NCBI GenBank assembly: GCA_013265495.1
Contig: MU062841.1
Span: 8,643,786-8,707,785 of the forward strand
Length of the DNA stretch: 64,000 nt
DNA from: Vicugna vicugna
Lineage: Eukaryota
Direction of reading: 5' to 3'
Positions 36,601 to 50,200 of this stretch are shown here, piece by piece. The stretch's first letter is position 1; each line of letters starts with the position of its first letter. Under the pieces are notes generated by a model. The model had not been told where the DNA came from and did not search any database. It saw only the letters and a program-made list of their open reading frames with translations. A program made the position numbers and the translations under genes.

Positions 36601-39600
36601 GGCCGTCAAGAAGCCATTGCGGTGTGCTTACACATCCAGACCCAGCAGACCGTCAATGACACCTTGTGCGATACGGTCCACCGCCCCCCAGCCATGAGCC
36701 AGGCTTGTAACACGGAGCCCTGCCCGCCCAGGTGTGTGCTGTCCCGTGCTTCCGGGACACGCTGTTTTGACAGGGTTGGTTCCTTCCGAGGGCTGCGTGG
36801 GAAAACCTGGTCTGTGCCTCTCTCCTAGCTTCTGGGAGCCCCGAGCGTTCCTTAGCTTACACGCAGCCTTCTTCCTCTCTTTTCACATCATCTCCTTTCT
36901 GTGTGTCCCTGCGTCAAAATTCCCTGTTTTTATAAGATCACCACTCATGTTGGGATTAGGGCCCACTCTAATGACCTCATCCGAACTTGATCGTCAGCAA
37001 AGACCCTGTTTCCAGATAAGGTCACATTTACAGGTACTAGCAGTGAGGACTTCTACATCTTTTTGAGAGAACCAATTCAACCTATAACAGCATATAAACT
37101 CCTTTGTAACCCTGGTTTTAGATTCTTGAACCATATTTGTCATGACCACCCTCACCTCACCCCCTGTACACACACACACCACACTCAAGTGCCGCCCCAG
37201 CAGACTTGCTCAGCAGCCACACTGCATTATCCGTTATGACCCATGCTCATGCTCACTCATGGCTTCTGGGCCTTTGCATGTACTGTGCCCTCTGCATGGA
37301 GCCCTTCTCTGCCGTGAAATGAGCTAATCTCTCCCATAAATATCATCAGTGGCTCCCTTCTCGCTGGCATGATGAAGTCCAACAATGTGAAACAGGATCC
37401 TAGCCTGAGACCTTTGCTGGGGGTGTGGGGGACTCTGAATAGTCCAAAGAGAAGTGGGGATGGTCAGGGACATGAGGCAGAGCCCTAGTTCGGCCTCCGT
37501 CAAGGAGCGTCAGACATGTCCCTTGGCTCTCTGGCCTAGCTTCTTAGTGTGAATAATGGTGAAAGGTGTTCGAGTTTATGGTCCCCAAGGTCCCCTTCAG
37601 CTCTGGTCTTTCATCTTGAGCAGTGCTTTCTGGTTGCGTTTTCCACTCACGTCTCCAGAACTCTGCCCGGTCTTTTTGCAGCTAGAATCATTTGAAATGC
37701 TCCGGGGCTTGTTTTAGTTCTAAGAACAGCAGCCTCTGCGTGCCCTGCCTGGGAGGCCAGGGCGGGGATGAGTTTGCTCACCAAGTCAGGGCAAGATGGA
37801 ACAATGAGTCTAGAAACTGTTTCTTCAGGTTGCTGAAGGCAGCATGCTGGTTTATTCACGCGCAGGACCCCTTCCCCTCATCCCTCAGCCTCTGCGGGAG
37901 TTCTTGCATGTTATCTTCTTCAGCAGTGTCTTGCCCATGGAGCTTTCAAGCTAGGAATAACACAGCACACAATGTGTCCTGGCCACTTTGCAAAATTAAG
38001 GGTCTGTTTTTATGTGAAGAGNNNNNNNNNNNNNNNNNNNNNNNNNNNNNNNNNNNNNNNNNNNNNNNNNNNNNNNNNNNNNNNNNNNNNNNNNNNNNNN
38101 NNNNNNNNNNNNNNNNNNNNNNNNNNNNNNNNNNNNNNNNNNNNNNNNNNNNNNNNNNNNNNNNNNNNNNNNNNNNNNNNNNNNNNNNNNNNNNNNNNNN
38201 NATTTTCCATACAAATATTTACGGACTCCAAGGGCAATAGCAGTAAAATATCACCCCAGGGCGAAACTTACCAGTGAGACTGGGTTGGACAGTCAGTAGA
38301 TCTCTGTTTACCCAAAGGCAAGTGTGTTTGATGTATTAGCCTGACTCTCCGAGGTGGGGCGTTGTATGTTTATTTGCTCTTACGGGGTTACTCTCCTTGG
38401 TCTCTCCTATAACTGCTGAGTGTCTGCTGCTTATGGAGTTTGTTTTTTCCAGGAGAGAGCCAGCAGTTCGTAGAAACATGCAGGGTTACATCACGGTCCC
38501 ACTAGTCCCGAGAAGAGCCTTCTATGACAGGTTTCAACACAGCTAGATAGGGAAGTAGGAAAAGTAAGAGGCAAGAGTAATGTGTTTCTGTACCAACTTG
38601 TTACCCAGTTCTTGAATTTAAAATACACTCTGTGTGTAGTTTATTGTCTCTTAGTAAGAAATTGTTACCCATTTCTTGAATAAAAATGGTTCCAATCCAG
38701 TCCCTTATGCCACTAATCGATTCTTCCAGTTATATACTTTCTTGAAAGATTGAGCATCCCAGAATCACTCCAAATTAGTTACATAGTTAAGCTGAATTGT
38801 TTTAATAGTGCAAGAAAAGCCGTCTAATGATTTAACTATGTAATCTGATTGTCATCAAAGTATGACCTATGTATCTACTCTTGGTGAGTTCCCTCACTTC
38901 TGAAGCTACTGGAAATTTAGATGTGAGTAGGCTAATTTAATAGGTCAACTAGTTAATATGCTTCCAATTAAGATGGTGTTTTAATTTCACGTTCTGCTCC
39001 AAATACAGATCAGTGATAGCTGTAGTATTAAAAAGAGAGACGACATAGGGAAAAACAGCTACGTAGGCTAGGAAAGGAGAAGTGGTGGGTGGTGAGTGGA
39101 ACTGGACCTATGGTTCCTCTGGGCTTCAGCACCAAAGCAGTTAGGGTAAATCAGAGTTCAGATACTATGGATGGCAAGGACTGAGCATCTCCCTTTTAAT
39201 TCATGGGAAAGAGCCCATGTTTTTTGCTTCTTTGAGAAAGAAAGCAAAAAACGAACAGAAAAACTGCTGCTGATTACAACCTGAAGCGGCTGTTTGCATG
39301 AGGCTGCTCACCTGTGGGGATGGAGGACGGACACAAATGAGCCCTATGACCAGACACGGCCCAAATTACCTGGACCCTTTACTACCAGCAAAGTTTCCCT
39401 AAAGATAATTTTAAAGGAATGTATTCATGAAGCAAACTGATCCTAGAAGGATGGTCTGAGATACAAGAATGAATAAAGAGCAAAGTGCATTGTAAAGACA
39501 GTTACTCCAAAAAAGAATCATCGATTGTGCAAATCAATAGTAAGATTGACTTTATGGATTTAAAATCGATGTTGAACAGCAAAGCCTGGTGAAACTGGGT

Positions 39601-42600
39601 CAAAGGTTGATTGGAGTTAAGGTACTTTAAGCCCTTTGTACTGTTTGTGAAGATGGGAATAATTTTGATTAAGTCTGGAAATTAAATAAGCTCTTTAGAA
39701 TTCCAAGGATAACTCTTAAGAATGAAAGATAGCAGAGGAGAAAATGGAATTTAAAAATATAACAAACTCAACCAAACCTGAAAAAAAAAAACCCCAGGAA
39801 TAATTAAATAAATATGAAGAAGTCAGGAAAAACAGAAATCAGAAAAGCCAAAAATAACGTTTAGATAAACACTGTTTTTTTCAAAGAACTAATTTATTTT
39901 TTCTAATAATGAACGTTTATTATAAGAAAAATCAGGAAAAAAATTGGCAAGTATAAAGAAAATTAAAATCCTATCAGTTAGAGATCATCACTGTTAACAT
40001 TTCTATGTGTAATTATCCAGGTTCTTTTTCTGCATGCATTTCTAAGTGCATAGAATAGTATGGTGATTTTATGACCTACCTTCTGATAAAAAAAACGTAT
40101 CATGAATGTATTTCTATGTCAAGAACTCTACATCTGCTTTATTTTTTAATGGCTGCTAGCATTGTGCTCTGTGAAGAGACGATTATTTATTTTGCCCTTT
40201 AATATTAAAACTTTAGATTGCCTCCTTCCACTTTGTAAAGTTAAATTAATTTATTTTTATTCATTAAATTATTTTTGCTGTTACATACTACCCTGCAACA
40301 CCCATTCTTTTATTAATGTCCGTTTTAAGCATTTGTAAATTCTTTCCTCGTGATATATCTCTACAGTAACTAGTTAAAACTTCATGTTCACTAATAATTA
40401 AGTATCCAAGAATTAAAATGACCATCACATACAATTGTTCACTCACCAGATGAGCAGAAACTTTTTTAAATGGCATCGTCCAGTGTTGATGTGGCTGTAG
40501 GAAGCCAGGCCCTCTGCAGTGCTCCTGGTGAGAGTGTGACTTGAGACAGTCTTCCTTGAAGGCAGCTTGGAAATATGTATCAAAAGCAGCTGACCTGGTT
40601 TTTCATTTTTACAGACGTTTCATGAGAAAACCTGATTTTTCCACGATCTTATTGGAAAAGAATCATATGTATATATATATAATATATGTATATTCCAATC
40701 CTAACATAAAATAATTTTCTTAGGGATATTCCAAATAATGAATCCAGGTGCCCTGAAGATTTCTTGAAGTGTGCTTTTGAGCATTTAAAATTTCTTTTGA
40801 CACCCGGATAAATCATCCTTGCCTTAGGGCTCTGTTCAAAACAAAACTAAGATTTTATTATTGATACACGGTAGTAAGTTAGGATGGCGATCAGTATGTG
40901 GAGAGCGGAGTCTGGAGGTCCCGGGAGGAACTTGAAATTGTCCCTGCTGTGGCTGTGGCACAGAGACTCACTGGACACTGTTAACTTTGCCCACTTGTGT
41001 TTCGGTACAGGTGGCACATGGGGTCCTGGGGGCCCTGCTCGGCTACCTGTGGTGTTGGCATACAGACCCGGGAAGTGTACTGCCTGCAGCCCGGGGGATC
41101 GCCCTCCCCTCCTGAGGACTGCAGAGAGGAGAGGCCCCACGCCTTACAAGCATGCAATCAGTTTGACTGCCCTCCTAGCTGGCACATCGAGGAATGGCAG
41201 CAGGTATGGCCGACGGGTGACTGCAGGGCCGCCAGGCTTCTGATGTAAGAGCCCTGCCTTGCGCTAACTCGAAAGGGGCCCAGCCCGCTGACCCGCCTCT
41301 CTCTGTCTCCCCAGTGCTCCAGGACATGTGGCGGGGGCACTCAGAACCGCAGAGTCACCTGTCGACAGCTGTTAACGGATGGCAGCTCTTTGAATCTCTC
41401 AGACGAACTGTGCCAGGGACCCAAGGCCTCTTCTCATAAGTCCTGCGCCAGAACAGACTGTCCTCCGCATTTAACTGTGGGAGACTGGTCGAAGGTAAGG
41501 GCCACTGCCAACTTCACGGTCTCTTCTTTTCTGATCCTCCTTTGTTTCAGCCTCTCAGTGTTTCCTCTGCAGGGTGAGTGCTGGGGCTAGTGTGAGGTGA
41601 GGGGAGCGTCTGGGGTGCAAAATTTCCAGGGGCCCTCAGTCACTCTCAGGCTTGTGGAAGTGTCCTGGTCCAGACCCACACGTAAGGATTCGTTTTCAGT
41701 TTACTTCTTCTAAACCAAGTCCCATAACTTCTCTCTTTTGGAACTGCCAAAGCCGTTGTATCCCAGGATAAACTCAAAATCGGTTTGGTTCTTCTCTGCC
41801 TTATGTCTCCTTATGTGGAATTATCCATTAAACCCTGTCATGTCAACTTGCTGAAAACCTTCCATACCTTTACTTCCTCTGCACTCTGTTGACACCATGG
41901 CTGATTTTACTCTTTATCCTCTCAAGCTCGCGTTAACTGCAATAAGCAGAATTCCAATGCATCATTTTAGTGCTGGCAGGACCTAACAGTCTCGTAGCAA
42001 TGCCTCATTTTTCAGGTGGGGAACGTGAAACCCAAAGAGCTGAAAATACGTTGCCTAAGCTCCTGCAGCTGGCAAAGTAGGAGCAGAATCCATATGTTTT
42101 GACCTGATTCTGAGGGGTCTCTCTTTTCATATTGCACTGCTCGCCTGATTCCCTGCCTCCGTACCACTCTCCCGTCTCCAAGCCAGCTAGCACAGTCTTC
42201 CCATCACTGTGTCCATCCAGCCGCCTCCTAAAGGTCGTATTGCCTGAAAAATCAGCTTTCAGTGCTCCAGAGTACCCTGCAGGGCTTTCCTTAAACTGAT
42301 GGGACTCACGGTCCAGCCCCCTTTATTCTTACTCCTGCTCTGTCTTCCAGTCTTGCTGCATCCTGAATGTTTATAGGCTGAGGTTTTAGCACAGATTCTG
42401 AAGCAGGGAGTTGAGGTAGGTAATCAGAGTCCTAAAACCTCCAGTCATTGCTCCAAATGTATATCTTCTGGGAGTAGAGAGGCAATCTAACATCTCAAGA
42501 AATAAGAAAGAGCAGTAACTGACATTAATGAATTTCCCCAAGTCCTAGATTCAGCGTACAGTCAGTACAGTCACGAGCTACCATTCTCATCTCATCCTAC

Positions 42601-45600
42601 AATCGCCCGGGAAGCAGAAGCTGTCTCCATTTCTATATACAAGAAAACAGAAGTACATTGAGATTAAGCAGCCTTCCCAAGGGTAGACCTAGGATTCAAC
42701 CCACGTGTAATGTGAACAGTGTACCCTTGTATTTCTCATGCAAGAAGAGGGCTTTTGAGCCAAACAGACCCATGATGTAACCTACAAGCCCTCATGCCTA
42801 CATGTGACCTTGTTCAATATACTCAACCCGCCTGAGCCCCCATTTTCCTTTCTTTTACTGCAGTGGTTGTATTAAGGATAACATGAGAGATTCCTAACCC
42901 CCTGAAGGAAAGTCCACATTCTTTCTTTTGATGTAGGTTGGATTGACAATACTTCAACCTGCGTGTCCTACAGCCTTATATTTTGTCTCTTTCAACTGTC
43001 TAGCTCAATTAAGTGCTGGTAATTATAAAGTATCTTAGTGGACAAGCCACACAGGTCATGGGCCTCATCCAGCCCACCGAGGGTCTACATAAATGTGTCC
43101 CCAGACCTCAGAAAATGCTTCCAGTTACTCTCTCTGTAAGGTGAGGGGCAGAACTTCGGGGAGGGAAGGGCTGTGCACTTGTGGAGAGACCTCTTGGCAT
43201 TGGGAATGCTTTGTCACCTTACTAGGTGTGACACAGGGACAGCCAAATGGGCATCTTTTTAGAAGCCGGGAGCTTGTAAGAGATGAGGATCTCCAGTCCC
43301 ACCCAGACCTAAGGAATCAGAATCTGCCTTTGAAAAGACCCCCAGGTGAGGGAGTGCACGTTACAGGTGGAGAAGCACTTCCCCGCCTGCCCCTCACTGA
43401 GAGGGCTTCTCAGCCCTTCAGTGTGTCCAGAGGAGGGATGGCTCTGGGAAATGACTGCTTTGAGTGAGTGCTGCTCTAACCCAAAGGGAAGAGGCAGGAA
43501 AGGGGAAAGACAAGATGTGAGCAGAGGTGACGGAGAAACCAGGCACCTTGTTTTCTGGATGCAGCCAGGGAGCACCTGGAACCCCTGCCGTGCTCTGCAG
43601 TACCACACCCTCCTCATCTCTCTTCTTCTTTTCTCTGAGAACAAACAGGCTTTCACAGCTTCATCCTGTCTCCTGGAATGAACTCTTCTCAAGAGCCTTT
43701 TAGCTGAGAGACTGATGGTGGCCTCCTTGCTCTCCTTCCCTGTCCATCTCTCTGTGAATAACAGATTTGCTGTTGCGGGTTGTTTCACTGAATTAGCACC
43801 CATTCCCACGTTTACTCGTGCTTGCCTTTGCTCTTGTGGTTACCCTCAAACCCTGGGCCCGGCTCTAAGCGTCCCTTCTCTGTGAAGTCTTCCCCTCCCG
43901 AAAGTCATACAGCATTTCCCAGCTTTAACTCACAATGACCTAATTTGTATTGCGTTTTATGGGGAGCTACTTCCTGAGCATCCATATGGTCTTCTCATCT
44001 GGCTGACAGTGTCCTTGAGGCCAGTGGCCATGAGATCACTGACAGGTCCTTGGGCCCAAGAGACCTTTAAGCAGGTAAATACTCTTCCTTAAGAGTCTTT
44101 GCAAAGACGGGGGACATACAAAACGGTGTTGAAGTAGTGACCTGTAGAAAAGCTTGGGCCAGCTAACACAGGGCAGGAAAATCATTCATTGGAAGGGATT
44201 TTGCTGGGGGAAACAAGAGGAGACAGAAGAGGTTACTCATGTGAGCTGGGCTGGACCTGAGGCAGGTCCGTTTCCTAGGCAACCATTCTTCAAGGCAAGA
44301 GCAAGCTTGTGCACGTGCCAAGAGTTAGCGCAAGCACCGACAAGACACCTTCCTGCTCCCAGCCAAGGCCACCTCTCTAGGAAACCTCCTCTGGGAGGGC
44401 GAGCAGGTGTGCCCACGTGTGCAGGAAGGCAGAGCCAGTGTTCTGACTTGGGTCGGGTCCAGCGCACGTATGGCCCCGCAGTTTGTGTTTCCCGCTGGGT
44501 TCAGCTTTTCTCTTGATATTTGAAATTTTCTCTTATTGCAGAGTTGCTTTGTTTTGGCAGAGACTCTGATGCCAGTTGCCACCCCTCTAAAGCTTTCTGC
44601 CAGGCTAGTCCCTCCGCCACAGGATGGCTCCCTGGGGGCAGCCGTCCATCTTGTGGTTCTGGATGAGGCTCTTTCGCATTGGAACTGGCCACTGCCCCTG
44701 GACACAGAAAGGCTGAAAAGCCACGCCAGAATTTCCATTTTTCACCGAGCCAGGCCTCTCAGCCTGCAGCTGGAACAGTGCTCCCTCCCCGACACTAGCT
44801 CTATTCATGGCTTGTGTGGGCTTTGTTCATTCATTGGCTCATGCGTTTCCCTTGACTCCCTTAGATCTGAACCCAGTTTTAGGCAGAAAGGAGCCTTCAA
44901 TTCTTACACTGTTTTTTTCTAGCTACAAAAAAAGAGCATTGACTTATATATGGGACAATCTTCCCAAAAGCTGGATTGCTGCGATCCACATGCCCCTGGC
45001 AGGGGGTTTTGTGGCCCCATCCCTTGGACTGAAATCCAGTAGCCTGTTTTCATTCTTTGTTCTCTGTACTTTGATGGAACATTTGCCTACTTTCATCATT
45101 CTCCTTCAGGGTGTTCCTTGGTGTTTTTTAAAAATTTTTCCTAGTTACCTGACTGCATTTTTTCTTTTGGTCTGTTTTCTTCCAAATCTCCAAAAGTCTC
45201 CATATTTGACGTTTGATTTCCATTGCTGCATTTTTCCTCCATAGTTGATTCTGTGGCCTGATTTCTTCTCTAACTTCTGCAGGTGATTCTCTGTCACCAG
45301 GAATGGTCTCTAACCTTCTGTTCAATACCTTGTCCTTGGTTCGCTATGTAGGGTAGATCCTCATTATGGGAAAGCAAAGAGACACCCTCTTCACTCCCAA
45401 ACAGCTCCACCACCTACTGCCTGTCTCTGTCCGTGCACCAACATCTTTCCAACATTTGTGATCACCTCTGACTTCTTTACCTCCTATATTTAAGAAGGGT
45501 ATTAATTACCTGGGTATGGGTACTTGAATGCAGAATATTCTTCAATTTTTGAAATATATCCGTATGCTAAGGGAAAAGGGAAACAGCTCTATACATGAGA

Positions 45601-47218
45601 CATATTACAGAGCACAGCTCAAGATACATCCAAGAACATGGATTTCCAAATATGACTTTTCAGTTTTCAATAGATTTATTAATTGTGACTCATAAAGGCA
45701 GTTATGTGTTCGTAACTGGCTTTGGAGAACCAATTGTAATCTCTTCTTACCTTATATTCAGTGACATTAGGATGACAGCTTGAAGTCAGCCATGATGGGA
45801 GTATTTACACCACAGAAACTGGCAAATGTTACAGTCAGAGCCCTTGTCTTCAAGGACCTGTTGTGAAACATTTACTAGCACACAACTTCAATGAAAGGGT
45901 TATTCACACACACACACACACACACACAATCTTATCAATAAGACAGTTTCAGCTTATTGATAAGACAGGTACTTAGGATGGAAATGCCCTTACTTATTAA
46001 CTGAAATAAAGAGACTTGTATAAGCTTCTTCTAAATTGAATATGCCTATTGCCACAGCCCTGCACCCTCCCATTCATTCACTGAGCTCTGAGATGATTGA
46101 TTATCCCAGAGACCAGGAATCTGAGACAACCAAGAATACAGCCTTCAATGAACTCACAGCTTAATGAGGCAGACAGATACAAAATTGAGTAAAAAGCCCA
46201 ATAAAGGCGTCCCATCTCCAGAACTATGTGAAAATCAACAGGAAACATCTAAGTCGGTCTGAGTCCCCGGAAAGTATTGTGGAAGATGTGGCTTTAGAGT
46301 TGGGTCTTAAAGGATGAATGCCAACTGTGTGGAAATGAGACAGCAGGGTGTTCTAGGCAGTGACAGGAGTGTAGTGACAGATTGTGAGTGAATCAGTCTT
46401 ATGTGGCTTGAGAGTAGGAAGCATTAAAGATGAGGAAGAAGGTGAGAGGTGAAGGGGAAGTTGCAGCTAGATTGTGAAGGACCTTGGGTATTTGGATTTA
46501 TCCGTAGTCATTGAGGGCACAGTGGAAGTTGTTTGAATAGGGAAGTAAAAGGCAGGGTTTTTTTTTTTTTTTTGATGGAGGTACTAGGGATTGAACCCAG
46601 GCCCTTGAGCATGCTAAGCAAGAAAATCATGCAGAACAGTGAAGATAACTACACTGAAACACTCCCACCCCCCTACCCTCTTCTAACAGTACAGGGAAAA
46701 AATCTATTTCGTTTAAATAGGAGCATCAGCAAACCCCACAGAAGGATACTGTAAGATAAAAGTATCAATAACATAACAACATAATGAAAATTCTGCCTCA
46801 AGGCAGATGAATTGAATATAACTTACGATTCAAAATGAGTTAAAAGAAATCAAGAAATGTATAGAAATAAATCAGAAGTAGAAAAGCTCAGAAATGATAT
46901 TAATAAGGCAGGGGGATGTGAAAAAATAGCTGACAGGGTTTAGGAAAGAATTAGAAAACTAAGGGGGAAAAAATTCAGAAATGCAGACTAAACTAGAAGG
47001 AACACAAGAATGACCAGACGCAGGAAGCGTAAGTGTAAGAGAAACCAGAGAAAGAAGGGAGTTAAAAATAATCAATGAGAAATACAAAATAGTCAAGCAA
47101 AAGTGATAGATGTAAAACAAAGAAAGGCAGGTCAACAAAGATCGAAAAAATAATCAATGAGAAATACAAAATAGTCAAGCAAAAGTGATAGATGTAAAAC
47201 AAAGAAAGGCAGTCCAAC

Positions 47219-47261
<43 letters not shown>

Positions 47262-50200
47262 GAATCCTAAGAGAAGAAAACCAAAACAATGTAATAGAAC
47301 AAAACTATAACTTAAAGACTCAAATCACCATCTTGAAAGAACACACACCATACCTGGGAAAATCGACCCAGAATGGCCAATACCAAGACATAATTGTACT
47401 AAAACTACTGGATTTTAAAGATAAGGCATAATGTATTAGTGTATCTAGGCAGAAGGACCAGGTCACGTATTAGGGGAAGAAAATCAGGTAAGCATCAGGT
47501 TTCTCAGCAATACCACTTCCTACTAGAAAACAGTGCAGCAACATATTTAATATAATAAAGAAAAAGAAAGAAAGAACATGTGAACCGAGGATTTTATATC
47601 CTGCCCAACTGACCTTCGAGTTTGAAAGTCACAAACAAATCGCTACAAAGATGCAAGAACGCGGGGTCTGTTGTTCCCATGAGCTCTTGCAGGGGAATCT
47701 GCCGTATTTCTATGGAACAAATCACAGAAGCTTTGGCACAAGGTGCTGCTTTGGGAATTATAGTTGATGGCACTGATCTGGTCACTTCCTCTCGCTCTGA
47801 GCTGTGAACGTTCTCCAAAGGCATTCTAACGACGAACTCAGCGGATGCAGGTCACGTAAGACCTCCATCCAGAAAAGGAGTTTACAAATGATCCTCCCTT
47901 TCATAATAGGGAGAAAAAGCCAAATATTGATCATTAAAAATGGCTTGTGAGTGGTGACTGACAATCATTTAACCACTACTTTTACATTGTGTGGTAACCT
48001 CAGATAATGATTCGACTTGTTAAAAAATCATAATTTGCTGAGTGATAATTTTTAATTATTTGTTCAAAAGCTTACAAAAAACTTTCCTCCATACTAAAAA
48101 AATGTATTAATAATTGGGGCTTTCTGTTAAAGATGACAGTAAAGGCATTTAAGAAAATTCCATTCCCCTCCTTTGAAATCCAACAAAAAACCCACAAAGA
48201 GAATGAAAGAGAGGGAACAGTCTGTCTTCAATGAACAGTGAAATGGCCACAATCACAAACGACAAATTACGAAACACACCTGCCAAAGATCGTAAAATCT
48301 GGACCAAAATAAGAGAGGGAAGGCTGAGGGCTGACAAATATTTCCTCAGGCGCCGAACGGGATGTAGATTTCCCTAGGAGTAAGTGTGACCGTCCTGACA
48401 GGCCTACTCAACAGTTTTTTGAGTACAGAGACTAGATGGAGGACCATGAGCTGCCCCTGAAAGCAGCGTGAACGTCCCTGCAGGACGGCTGGGGAGATGG
48501 AGAAGCCTCAAGGAAGGCTGCCAGCGATGAAGTGGTGTGAAGGGAGAGGGGCAGCAGCCACTGGACGGTTACCCAGCGAGCCAGGTATTTACGAGGCTTT
48601 TTCCCAGCCACACCGACCACTCAAATACCAAAATCTGAAGAGAGATGTGGGCAAGGGAAATAAAAGTCTGGTGACAGAGTGATGAAGACAACAGACTGAT
48701 ATAAACACCCCAGTTCATTCCCCGACACATGTTCTTCACAAACAGCCAGCTGCATTTAAAGCTCCAGCATAAAACTATGCATCGGGGGTGTGTGTGTGTG
48801 TGTGTGTGTGTGGAGGTGGGGAGGGTATAGCTCAGTGGTAGACAGTATGCTTAGCATACACGAGGTCCTGGGTTCAGTCCCCAGTACCTCCATTAAAATA
48901 AATGAATCTAATTACCCCCCTCAACAAACAAACAAACTATGCATTAAAACTGGGGAGAAAAATTGAAGGGGAAGAAAGAAGTCAGGATGTGGGGAAAGGA
49001 ACAGAAAGTGAGTCACATGAACAACACAGCATCACAAAAATGTTCCTCATGGAAAAGAACCAACAAATAGGCTCTGTACTCCTAAGGAAATTAGAGCCGT
49101 GATGTCTGGGGAAAAGCGGGCTTTAAAATGGAATTTGAAACATAAGTCAACAGAAGGAGATGAAAAGAACCTCAGAACAGTCAGGGAAGAAAATTTGAAA
49201 AGAAAAATTTTAAGAAGCAGACGTAAAAGTTACTTTACAAGCAATAACAACAAAAATAATTTAGATGATTGAGAACAGAGAGTTGCAGTATACAAGCTGG
49301 AATAGCTCATATAAAATGGTAGGGAAAAGAGTCAAGGTGTAAAGTTGGTGTCAGAGGCAGTGATGGATCTGGAAGACGGCGGAAGGAGATCAAACGTAAG
49401 TGTCATCGGTATTTGCGAGAACAAAATGAATGGAACAGAAAAGCATTCCGAGATAATTGAGGGGAATTCACTTCCTTTAATAAAAGCTTTAATCTGCAAC
49501 TCATAATGGTAAACCACGTGCCAAGAACTATGACCCACTGAGACGCAGCCTGCTTGAGCTGCTGAACTTTGTGAGTCAAGAAAGAGCCCTGGGCCTCTGA
49601 GCATGAAAGGCAAAGCAAATAAACAAGAAAAATTCCCCGCTGGGCTTCCTGCAGCCTCACAGTAGCATCAGATGCAAGAAGTCAGTGGAGCAGTGTCTGC
49701 ACAGTTCACAAGGAAAGGACGTATGGCCCGAGCGTTTTCACCTCGGTGGTTCTTCATGTAGAAAGGCAACAGAGGGGCAGTCAGAGAATGAATACGTTCG
49801 CATAAGCCCCTCTTGAAAACGTTGCAGGGCCAAGATGAGACAGCAAGATGATTCTAAATAAAGAATACAGGAAGGTACTGATGCTGGTAAAAAAAAAAAA
49901 ATGGAAGATGAATAATAAATTCACTTAAGTTCAGAAATAAGACTCAGCAACCAGCAAGTTGCATTTCAGAAGAGTGTAAATATCAGAAATCTTGCCATTA
50001 GCTAAATGATTGAACAAAAACAAATGGGGTGCTTGGAGAGGAGAGGTGGGTGGGGAGAAATGTAAATGTGCTTGTTTTCTCCTCTTTCTTAGCAGCAAGT
50101 CAATAGATACTCTCATAAGTCAAAATATGTCTGTAAAAATAATTACCCGAATCTTTTGTTGGTTTCTTTCATCTTGCTTATTAACTTCAGAAAGTTCTTT

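Larger units (their letters stand above)
46625..47760 (+). mobile_element. Degenerate old L1 ORF1-region remnant
   Basis: A-rich coiled-coil-like region, ccaagacataattgtactaaaactactggattttaaagataa (TPRHILVKL-like) and ggattttatatcctgcccaactgacctt (ILYPAKL-like). Confidence 0.65.

Noticed and set aside
37692-38277. ORFs spanning the first N gap (similarly 50654-50923)
   Set aside because: Artefacts of translating through N.
45258-45351. Acceptor followed by VILCHQEWSLTFCSIPCPW, superficially TSR-like
   Set aside because: Cys/Trp spacing does not fit a TSR, a stop follows after 22 codons, and chance resemblance is likely.
48348-48363. AGGCGCCGAACGGGAT, resembling a tRNA-Lys primer-binding site
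   Set aside because: Needs two gaps and two mismatches, and no LTR or gag sequence is adjacent.
48818-48892. tRNA-like sequence as a tRNA gene (also 62750-62824)
   Set aside because: It has a SINE tail and TSDs and no complete acceptor stem, so it is a Vic-1 SINE.
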